Positions 53,210 through 64,000 of a stretch of 64,000 nt of DNA are shown here, piece after piece (within the stretch, counting starts at the first letter, position 1; each line of letters starts with the position of its first letter). The position numbers were made by a program, and so were the translations under genes. The notes beneath the pieces are model-generated. The model had not been told where the DNA came from, made no database searches, and saw only the letters and a program-made list of their open reading frames with translations. The stretch is from Octopus sinensis (taxonomy: Eukaryota): assembly GCF_006345805.1 (NCBI RefSeq), contig NC_042999.1:74772001-74836000 (forward strand). The letters are read 5' to 3'.

Positions 53210-54435
53210 CTGTAAAAAAAACGACATTGTTGATTTGTCAGTCATTTATTAACAATTTAGACAGTAGAATTGGATATTAAAAATACAAAACAACTTTTCC
53301 ATGACAAACTTTATATCTAATGTTCTTTCTTAGTTAATATAAAATTTTGAATAGTAACTTAATTGTAATACATTAAAACTTTATCATTTAACTTTCAAAT
53401 GATAAAAAGAATATGACTATAGGCTTGTTTTATTGAATTTAATTTAACTTTATCATCATCATCATCGTTTAGTGTATGTAACATATATTCAGTAACAACA
53501 TTCATTATACTAGTTTATAACATCTCTTCACTAAAATTGAAACTTATCATTGTGGAAACGGATTTTATCCTTAATTCCTACTAGAATTGTATCCTACCAT
53601 CTAGCTCCAACATGATATCTCATCCTATGAGTAAAGATGTTGAGAAGAGGGCCAAACAGATAGGAATAACTGTTCTCGAGTCATTTGTTCCTTCCACCTT
53701 GCTGTGTTTCTGGGTTGAATAGTTTATTCTACATTGTCTAAAATGATGTTAGCTATTGCAAATAAATACCAGTTCAATATAGTAATGTGCAGCAATTGTT
53801 TTAGTCCATTTTGTCATTAGACCCACATTCTAGGTAATGGCTGGTATAGTCAGGAGAATGTGCAGTGTCTATGACCATCATAAAACTTTTGACTAGATAA
53901 ATAGATTTGGTATCTAGTTAAAAGTTCTGTAAGTTAACATGGGCAACAAAAATTTAGTAGGAGGGGCTAGATAAAGGAGTTAGCTTGTGTTGGTGATGAG
54001 ACATAAAGTAGAAATAACAAGAGAAGGAGAGAGGGATGTGCAGGGGATGCAACTAAGCAATTCAGGGAAACATGTAGTAATTATGAAAGAGGCAGAGACA
54101 CACATATGCATAATGTTATATGAACTACATGAAACAAGGAGAAAGAACTCAGCAAAAAGTAAAATGTGCTAATATCATTACTGGAAGTTTCCCCAAATAG
54201 TTACATACTTCTGAAAAAGTATCCACGACAAAATCAAAAGGTCATAAGACAGCCCATTCACAAATGTGTAGCCTCATAAATGGCCATTTTGTAAGTGTTT
54301 ACTTCTTAGCATGTGCTAGTGTAATAGTATAATTAACTTCTAAATAAGTAAGCTGCATCCTTTAGCTCAATGGGGTGACAAATTTCAGAGTTAATAACAA
54401 AAAAACTTACAATTTCTAAATAATAATTAAGATTA

Positions 54436-54850
54436 TTCTTTTACTCTTTTACTTGTTTCAGTCATTTGACTGTGGCCATGCTGGAGCACCACCTTTAGTC
54501 AAGCAAATCGACCCCAGGACTTATTCTTTGTAAGCCTAGTACTTATACTATTGGTCGCTTTTGCTGAACCTCTAAGTTATGGGGATGTAAACACACCAGT
54601 ATCGGTCGTCAAGCAATGCTGGGGAGACAAACACAGACACACAAACATATACACACACATACATATATTTATATATATATATATATATATACGATGGGCT
54701 TCTTTGAGTTTCCATCTACTGAATCCACTCACAAGGTTTGGTCAGCCTGAAGCTATAGTAGAATACACTTGCCCAAGGTGCCACACAGTGGGACTTAACC
54801 CAGAACCATGTGGTTGGTAAGCAAGCTACTTACTACACAGCTACTTCTGT
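54436..54850 (-). mobile_element. tRNA-derived SINE (same family as 2342-2743)
   Basis: Colinear with the copy at 2342-2743. Confidence 0.88.
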
Positions 54851-55079
54851 GGTTATAAAAATTACTAATTTCTCCAAAACTTAGTGGTAAGGAAAGAAGT
54901 TAGTAGGAACGAAGAGGAGAAATTAAGGATATAAGGAACATATTAAGGCTATATCAGGGACAATTCAAGAAGTTCCATTTGAACTTACTTGTTCAATAAA
55001 TGTAAATCAGTTAATGACATGGCTGTATTAAATATGGGTTAGCATCATTGTTGCAAAACAATTACAAGATACAAGATAT

Positions 55080-57075
55080 GATCATGATCATCATCATCAT
55101 TTAACATCCACGTTCTGTGCTGGTCTGGGTTAGACAGTTTGACTGGAACTGATAAACCAAGGCATGCATCATATTCCATGCATCAAGGCATGCATCAGAT
55201 GCCACCAACAAGGGAGTCATTCACATGACACTGGAAAAGGCTACGGCTATGATTTCACTTGGCTTGATGAGTCTTCTCAATCACTGCACATCGCCAAAGA
55301 TCTCAGTTACTTGTCATCACCTACATGAGGCCCAACATTTGAATATCATGCTTCAACACTTCATTTCATGTCCTCTTGGGTCTACCTCTTCCACATGTTC
55401 CCTCCACATACATAGCCGTCCTCATCCATATCCATCCAATGACCATACCAGCACATTCATCTCTCTGGCACACCACATCTGATGCCTCTTATGCTCCAGT
55501 TTTTCTCTCAAGACATTAATGCTTTATCATGCATAAACACTGACATTGCACATCTAGTGAAACCTACTAGCTTCACTTCTTTCAAGCCTTCACATGTTCT
55601 ATGCAGTCACAGCCCATGTTTCACTGCTGTGGAGTATGTCTGTTTGAACATAGGCAGCATACAGTTTACCTTTCATTCAGAGGGAGAGGCCCTTTGATAC
55701 TAACAAAAGTCTCTGAACTTTGCCCAGCCTATCCTTATTCTAGCAGCTACACTCTCAGAGCATCCACCTCCACTACTGACTTGGTCACCTAGATAATGGA
55801 AAATGTCAACTGCTTCTAGGTATACCCACTGGCATTTGAGTGAGTCTATTTTCTGAATATTTCTTTTATTTATTGTACCTGTGCATCTTCCACACACAAA
55901 AACTATTTGTTAACCTTCCTCTGATATTGCTGCACCTCTTATGTGACCATTAGCTTGCACTCCATACATCTTATAGAATTTCTACATACCCTTTCCTACA
56001 GATCAAGCAGGGCCATCTACCTGAAGGCATTTGTGATTTATTTGTTTTCCTACTTACTAAGACTTTAGTTTTTGCTAGGTTAACTCTAAGGTCCTTTGAT
56101 TCTAGGTCTTACTTCCACACCTGAAATTTCTTCTCTAGTTCTGGTAGTGATTTGACTATAAGAACAAAGTCATCAGCATAGAGGAGCTCCCAGAGGCAGT
56201 CTCTCTTAAATTTCTCTGTTATTGCTTGGAGGAATATGATGAACAGGAGAGGGCTGAGGATTGATCCTTGGTGATCCCCTACTTGTACCCTGAATTCATT
56301 GCCATATTCATTGCCAACCCTCACCTTACTCACAGTATCCCTGTACATGGTTTGTACAGCTCTTATCAACTACTTGTCTATCCTTAGTTTCCACATTGAC
56401 CACCAGATAAGTGAGTGGGGGATCCTGTCAAAGTTTTCTCCATGTCAACAAAAACCAAGTACAGAGGTTTATCTTTGGCTAGGTACTGCTCCTGCATCAG
56501 TCTTACTAGAAATATAGCATCAGTGGTACTTCTCTCTGGAATAAAACCAAATTGCATCTCATCTCAACTAACTCTCTCCTAAATTAGGTGGGCTATGACC
56601 CTCTCTATGGTTTTCATCATCTGATCCAACAATTTGATACCTCTGTAATTATTTCTAAGACATCACCTTTACCTTTGCTGCAGTTGACTATGGTACTACT
56701 ACACCAGTCATTAGATATGACTCCTTCATGTACCACCTGATTAACTATACATGTGACTAGACTACAACTCACACCACCAGAAATTTTAAGCATCTCAGCA
56801 GTTATTCCTGATAGGCCAGAAGGCTTTCTCCATCTTCATATCCTTCATAGCTTTGTCTACAACAATACTGTCTATTCAGATTGCTGGTCCTTCTGTGGGA
56901 TCAATATTAGGTAGACTCTCTTTCACCCATGAGTTCTCTGCATTTAGTAGCCTTTCATAGTGGTAATTCCAAGCTCTTTCTTTGCAGAATCACCAATCTG
57001 CAAGTGAATCACAATCCACGAGAACAGGTTTCTCTCCCATAACATCACAATTTTCCCTGACACAGCCTTGCAAAC
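55080..57075 (-). mobile_element. Decayed RTE LINE (RT and 3' end)
   Basis: ORF 56109..56369 QGSILSPLLF...LLYADD; ORF 55700..55897; (CAT)n terminus. Confidence 0.88.
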
Positions 57076-57479
57076 CAAAATTTGTTAAATTTTTTGTAAT
57101 TATCTAAGAGAGTATTGTTGTCTTTATTATTGTAATTAAATATATAACTAAATAGGAGTAGGGGGTGAGTAAGTCAATCTAGCTGAGACTTGGGGAAGGA
57201 TCTTCTAAAGTTATATATACAGGAGGAGTTGATCTTCGTATCATATACTGATGAAACACATTGATTTCACAATAGTTTCATTGTTTACAAAGGTGAATGT
57301 GCAAGGTAACCTGGGTTGTTAAGAATAAGTATCTTAGTTATATAAAATATTGTACACATCAGCGATCTTTTGTTTGGTTGTTGAGCCTGTAGATGTGTAC
57401 AGAAGTAAATTTCATTATAAAACGTATTTGGATATAATTATTGTACAGAAGTAAAACAAAATAAATAAAATAAACTTAC

Positions 57480-57638
57480 CATTTCTTTTTTGTGAATTAT
57501 CTCCGTCAGGTCCAGTGTAAGACGTTGGAGTTGATCCCTTCTTCCTCCTCCATGTATATTCATTAGGATTCATACAAGTAATTTCATATTCACAGAGTAG
57601 TGGATTATCAAATGTGCACTTATGATTTGTGATACCAG
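57480..57638 (-). CDS. MAM-array gene exon: N-terminal part of MAM domain 1
   Basis: Polypyrimidine ttttatattttag acceptor and gtaagt donor; 159 nt, phase 1-1. Translates GITNHKCTFDNPLLCEYEITCMNPNEYTWRRKKGSTPTSYTGPDGDNSQKRN, containing the MAM CxF..C..W.R..G.TP..TGP..D signature. Confidence 0.93.
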
Positions 57639-57797
57639 CTAAAATATAAAATAATTAGAATTTTATTACACTGGTAGAAGGTTTACAAATTTAAAAGTTA
57701 GGATTATAAATGAATGACCCAACATCAGTATATGACAGGTGATTATTTTACTGATTCTGGAGAGAACAAAAGATTATGCTGTATGAGTGATAATTTG

Positions 57798-57843
<46 letters not shown>

Positions 57844-57844
57844 C

Positions 57845-58428
57845 ATCAACATCATCATAATTATCATTGTTGTTTAACATCTGCTTTCCATGCTGGCATA
57901 GGTGGAACTGTTTGACAGGAGCCAGTCAGGCAGAAATCTGCACCAGACTTCTGTGACTATTTTGGTAGGATTTTTATAGCTGAATGCCTTTCTAACACCA
58001 GCCACCCAGCAGAGTGTACTTAATGCTTTTTACATGGTACAAGCACAGGCAAGGTCAGTTTTGGCAAAATTTTTACAGTTGGATGCCCTTCCAACTGTCA
58101 AATAATTTACATTGTAGATTGGATGAGTTATAGTGAGACAGAAACAGGTGTCTTGCTGTAGAGGAGGTACAAGGTTACCTGGCCCAGGGGTAGGAAAGAG
58201 AGAGAGAGAGAATCAGAAATGAAGACAGAAACAGGTGTGCTGCTGCAAAAGCGTTACATGGTTACCCTGCACTGAAGGATCACCAAAATAATTTGCAGGA
58301 CAAATATCTTTTGAGAGGGGAGGAGGTATTGGAGGAAGTGATCTTGTGTCAGATGATGAAAAGTTATAGTGAGACAGAAACAGGTGTCTTGCTGTAGAGG
58401 AGGTACAAAGTTACCTGGCCCAGGGGTA

Positions 58429-58475
<47 letters not shown>

Positions 58476-58620
58476 CAGTAATGAAGAGAGAAACAGGTGT
58501 GCTGCCGCAAAGGAGTTACATGGTTACCCAATGTGAGAAAAGTGCTGGAGAAGGAGAGAGAGTGAGAGAGAGAGAGAGCAGGATAGAGATGGTGGCAAAG
58601 TGCTGGGTATACTCACAAGG
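57845..58620 (-). mobile_element. RTE-type 3' end variant with an internal ~140-bp direct duplication (58126-58267 and 58362-58529)
   Basis: Shared catcatc...tttaacatctgctttccatgctggcat terminus; the duplicated block contains a (GA)n tract of different length in each copy. Confidence 0.6.
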
Positions 58621-59559
58621 GATGGGGATCAGAATATATTCGTGAACTAGAATTGCGTCCTAACTTTACTGCTTTTATTGCCATCTCATTTCACTTACAT
58701 CAATAGCACCAATCGACACATCTTTGATTACATAAAGTAATGAAAAGAAAAGGCATTGGAAGGGTGATGCATACCCTGCACGCACACAAGGATGAAATAA
58801 AATTTAATCTAATAAATATATTCTCAGGCAAATTCATATTCCAAGAAAATGGCATCAAGAGTTATTTTCACTGTTTATCGTTTATGCATTTGTAACAAAG
58901 TAAGAAGCATTTTGATTCACCTGCCCGCCAGTTTTGAAGATAATCAAACCAAAATTTAACGAGTTTGAGCCACTCAGCCAATGAGCATTTCTACCAAAAT
59001 TTGGTGAAAATCCGTTCAGCCATTTTCCAGTAATTTTGCAAAAACACATACAAAGACAAGTAACTACAATAACCCTGCTTTATTTACACACATATTAAGA
59101 AAGCAACTAAGCATTCAAATCAATGTTAAGTGTATTTTTCAAAAGACAAATAAGTGCAGACATGTAATGAATATAGAAGTAGTTTCTTCTTGAGTGGGTA
59201 GATACAGATTAAAGTAAAAATGAAAAAGCAAGATGTTTGGCATTACTGAAAAAGACATTTAATCTATGTTATGTGGTGTACATAGCATAGTCCATCATTG
59301 ACTCAGGTTTTTCATACCAAGGCCAGTGTGTCCCCTACTGGCTGTGTTTGAAGGAAGCTTTCAAATTTTATCATATAACTTAACAAAATTATCAAACAAG
59401 TAACATGTTCACAAATTTTTAATGTCATTCAAATTTTACCATAGGTTTAATTGCAGTAAAACAATTATCTCCTTTTCTCACTAATATGTAATTTAGACAT
59501 ATGAGCTCACTTAATGAAATTATTATATTTACAGTATCATAATTCAGTCAATTACGAAG

Positions 59560-61320
59560 AGAGTTAGCGTAGATGAAATGCAGTTTGGATTTGTGCTAGG
59601 TAGGAGCAAAACTGATGCTCTATATTCCTGATTAGGCAACCATAAGAGAAATAGCCAAAAATAAACCCTTGTACCTGGATTTTGTTGATATGCAAAAAGC
59701 CCTTGACAGAGTCTCCTGCTCACTTATCTGGTAGTCAGTGTGGAAGCTAGGGATAGATGAGTAGTTGGTGAGAGCTGTACAAGCCCTGTACAGAGATGCT
59801 GTTAGTAAGGCAAGGGTTGGCAATGAGTATGGCAATGAATTCAGAGTACAAGTAGGGGTCCACCAAAGATCAGTCCTCAACCCTCTCTTGTTCATCATAT
59901 ATCTCCAGGCAATAATAGAGGAATTTAAAGATGAGCTGCCTTTGAGAGCTCTTCTATGCTGATGACCTTGTTCTTATAGCTGAATCACTCCCAGAACTAA
60001 AGAAGAAATTTCAGGCATGTAAGCAAGGTCTAGAGTTAATCTAGCAAAAACCAAAGTCTTAGTTTGTAAGAGATCAAACAAATTACAAATCCCTTCAGGT
60101 AGATGGCCCTGCTCAATCTGTAGGAAATGTGTAGGTAGAAACTCCATGAGATGTACCTGGGGCAAGCTATGGACAATTAACACCAAAAATGTACAGAAAA
60201 TAGACTCCATCAAATGTTAGTGGAAAAAACTAGAAGTAGTTGAAATCTTCCTGTTATCTAGGATATCAAATCAGTAGTAGAGGTGGGTGCTCTGAGAGTG
60301 CTGCTGCTAGAATAAGACTATGCTGGACAAAGTTAAGGGAGCTCCTACCTCTGTTGCTAAGAAAGAGCCCCTTCCTCAAAATGAAAGACAGACTATATGA
60401 TGCCTGTGTGCGAACAGCTATGCTACATGGCAGTGAAACATAAGCTATGATTGCCAAAGGTATGCAAAGGCTTGAAAGAAGTAAAGCTAGTACGTTTCAA
60501 TAGATGTCCAATGTCAGTGTGCATGTATGACAGTGTAAGCATCATGAGAGAGAAACTGGGCATAAAAAGCATCAGATGTGGTGTAGAAGAGAGACAACTG
60601 TGTAGAAGAGAGACAAATGTGATGCATATGGACAAGGACAGCTGAGAGAAGAAGTGCTTATCTCTAATGGTGGCGGGAACCTGTGGAAGAGGTAGACTCA
60701 AGAAGGCATGAGTTGAGGTAGTGAAGCATGATCTTTGAACTTTGGGCTTCATGGAAGCAGTGACAAGTGACCAAGACCTTTGGTCACTTGTCATTGTTGC
60801 ACTTGAGGAAACAAGTGAAATTGCAGTTGTGGCAGATGGCAGTGTTGTGTAATTGGCACTTGTGCTGGTGGCATGTAAAAGGCACCCTTCGAACATTGGC
60901 TATATGCTGTGCTTGAGAAGGCCCATCAAGCCAAGTGAAATTGTAGTCATGCTTGATGCGTGTCATGTAACTGGCCCCCATGCTTTTGACACATAAAGAG
61001 CATTTTTAAACTTTGAGCCTCGCAGATGCAGTGGCTAGTGATTGAGACATTTAGCAATATACCATGCTTGAGAAGACCTGTGAAATCACAGTCATGGCTG
61101 ATGCTGGTGTTTTGTAACTGGTAACTGTGTTGGTGGCACGTAAAAAGTACCCACTACACTCTTTAAGTGGTTGACATTAGGAAGAGCATCCAGACATAGA
61201 AACCATGCCAAATCAGATTAGAAGCTAGTGCAACTCCCCAGCTTACAAGTTTTCAGTCAAACCATTCAGCCCATACCAGCATGGAAAACAGATGTTAAAA
61301 GGTGATGATGATGATCATCA
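59560..61320 (+). mobile_element. 5'-truncated RTE LINE (RT and 3' UTR)
   Basis: MQFGFV...DFVDMQKALD...HQRSVLNPLLF...LLYADDL; (GAT)n tail at ~61305. Confidence 0.88.
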
Positions 61321-61674
61321 TCATATACTTTTACCCTCTATTTTGTAGATCCTCATTGTCACCATCATTTTATATTTAACGCATCCTACCTAGATTAGAA
61401 CTGATAGAATATCCTCTCTGTTACACAACTTGCAATTGATAGAACACCACTAGGCCATTTCTTCTCATGGTTTGGAGTTATACACTGATTAATAAAATAC
61501 ATACAATTAATCTAACTTTCCAGTTCTTTTCACTAATTTACTTATATGATATTTAGTTTCCAATGCCCATTAGCATATTCCTTTCATCTCTGTGCCCTAT
61601 AATGTCTCTATACTTAAACTATGTAAATAAGTGGCTTTCATTTATTTATCTTTGATTTGTAATCAGATTCATCA

Positions 61675-64000
61675 TTATCATCATTTAAAGTCTGCTTTCC
61701 ATGCTGGCATGGGTTTGACGGTTTCACTGAAAACTGGTAAGCTGGCTCCGATCTGATTTAGCACCAGGTTCCGATTTAGCAAGGTTTCTATGGCTGGATA
61801 CACTTCCTAACACTAACAACTCCAAGAGAGTAGTGAATATTTTTTATGTGCCACCGGCAAAGTTGCCAATGATCTGACACTGGCAATTGGCCACAACTAT
61901 GGTCTCACTTGGCTCGACAGGTCTATACAAGCATGGTGTATCACCAAAGGTCTTGGTCACCTGTCACTACCTCCATGAAGCCAAACATCAAATGGTGCAT
62001 TTTACATTCCACCGGCATGGGTGCCAGTAAGACAATACTGGCATCAGCCATGACTATGATTTCGCTTGGTTTGACAGGGCTTCACAAGCACAGCATATTG
62101 CCCAATGATTGAAGGGTGCTTTTAATGGGCCAACTATGCGACAGTGGCATTAAGCACAACTATGGTCTCTCTTGGCTTGATGAGTCATCTCAAGCACAGC
62201 ATATCATCAAAGGTCCTGGTCACTTGTCATTGCTTCTGTGAGGCCCAACATTCAAAGATCATGCTTCACCACCTCATCTCATTTCTTCCTTGGTCTACCA
62301 CTTCTACAGGTTCTCTCCACTGTTAGAGCATGACACTTCTTCTCACAACTGTCTTCATCCATATGCATCACATGATCATACCAGTGCAGTCGTATCTCTT
62401 GCACACTATATCTGATGCTTCATATATCTAACCTTTCTGTCAGGATGCTTACACTCTGTCGTGCATGCACATTGACATTACACAACCAGCGGATCATATT
62501 AGCTTCAATTCTTTCAATCCTATGCATGTACTCAGCAATTACAGCCCATGTTTCACTGCCATGTAGCATGGCTGTTCACACACAGGCATCATACAGTCTA
62601 CCTTTCACTCTGAGTGAGAGTGAAAGGAGCTCTCTGAACTTTGCCCAGGCTATTCTTATTCTAGCAGCTACACTTTCATAGTATACACTCCCACTACTGT
62701 TTTGGTCACTTAGGTAAAGCTATCAACTACTTCTAGTTTTCCCCCCTGGCATGTGATGGTATCTATTTTCTGTACATTTTTGATGTTAATTGTACCTGTA
62801 CACCTTCCACACACAAAAACTATATTCCCTGGTAACCTTCTTTTGATATTGCTGCACCTCTACTTTGTCCATAGTTTACACTGGGTACATCTTATGGAGT
62901 TTCTACATACGCCTTTCCTACAGATCAAGCAGGGCCATCTACCTGATGGCAGATGTGATTTGTTTGTTTTCCTACTTACTAAGATTTTGATTTTTGCTAA
63001 GTTAACTAGCCTTACTTCCACACCTGAAATTTCTTCTCTAGTTCTGGTAGTAATATGGCTGCCCAGAAGATGATCAGGGTGGAAAAGAAGGGTGTGGAAG
63101 CTTAAGGATCCTCTGAATGGACAAAGATATAGAGACGTGCTATTTGAAAAAGAGGAGGATATAACATCACATAATCTGGAGGACAACTGGAGGTTCCTAC
63201 AGAACCTGTTGAGGGCTACTGACCAGATCTGTGGCTGGTGTAAAGAACCCTTTTGACCTAAGGTGACGTGGTAGTGGAACAATGTAATTGACAAGGCGAT
63301 TAGGGAAAGAAACAGGCCTGGAAGGACTGGAAGTGTGATGGTAGCAGGGAACTATATCATAGCCAGAAGGGAAGTTATGAGACAAGTTTACTTAGCCAGA
63401 GGAGAAGCAGAAAAGAAGAGATTTGCCAATGTTCTGCATCGTGAGGACCCGAGACTTGAAGTGTATCAAATTAAAAGACAGTATGTGTGAGAAAATGTTG
63501 ATATCATAGGAGAGAAATGTTTCCACATGTATGATGGCTAACTTGCATTTAATTATGCTGCAAATGGACTTGGAGATGCCACTATGAAAGGTTGCTAAAT
63601 GAAGAGAATGAATGAGAGAAAGAGAGCCACCAAATGTTGACCCAACAGAGGGACAAGCCATCCAAAGTGACAGGGAAAGCCTCTGGCCCATTAGGAATCA
63701 CCACTGAGATGCTTAAAATATTTGGCAGTGTAGGCTGTCTACTCACCTGTACGGTTCGCAAGGTGGTACACCATAGTCAACTGCTATAAAGGTAAAGGTG
63801 ACACTTTAGATAGAAATAATTACAGAAGTATCAAATTGTTAGATCAGGTGATGAAAGTCACGGAGAGAGTCATAGCCCAACTAATTAAGGAGAGAGTTAG
63901 ATTATATGAGATGCAGTTTGTGTTTGTGTCAGGGAGAAGCACTACTGATACCATATTTCTGGTAAGACAGCTGCAGGAGAAATACCTGTACTTGGCTACT
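61675..64000. mobile_element. RTE LINE with an inverted 5' segment (61675-63050 minus; 63055-64000 plus)
   Basis: The minus part runs from LPELE...WK to the tail. The plus part carries the upstream linker and RT N-terminus (…RQLQEKYL). The strand switch is at ~63052. Confidence 0.8.

Noticed and set aside
58640-59090. Possible Helitron/Helentron-derived repeat or upstream exon
   Set aside because: It has motifs typical of non-autonomous rolling-circle repeats, but termini could not be defined and no convincing exon was found.

Overview
Eukaryotic, AT-rich, repeat-dense window. It is most likely octopus (coleoid cephalopod) DNA, inferred from the tRNA-derived SINEs, RTE LINE 3' ends and microsatellite load. 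No prokaryotic-type system (CRISPR, defence operon) is present. The one host gene I can support is on the minus strand. Nine GT-AG exons (57480-57638, 52871-53209, 45401-45502, 29564-29911, 20382-20534, 19546-19682, 13689-13884, 5781-5891, 4173-4490) splice in frame into 1863 nt (621 codons) encoding four tandem MAM domains; no start or stop exon was identified. The introns are filled with decayed mobile elements: RTE LINEs, R4/Dong-type LINEs, two Penelope-like elements (PLEs), SINEs, mariner and maT DNA transposons, a Gypsy LTR fragment, Helitron-like elements and a hAT MITE. The most unusual features are: a cluster of three different minimal type I hammerhead ribozyme motifs at 41.3-43.5 kb; a young PLE whose ~340-bp inverted repeats would form a long hairpin in the host pre-mRNA; the A-B-A'-B' organisation and relocated cysteines of the MAM array; and a CpG-retaining zone at ~42-47.6 kb. 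All coordinates were derived by eye, and repeat boundaries are approximate.
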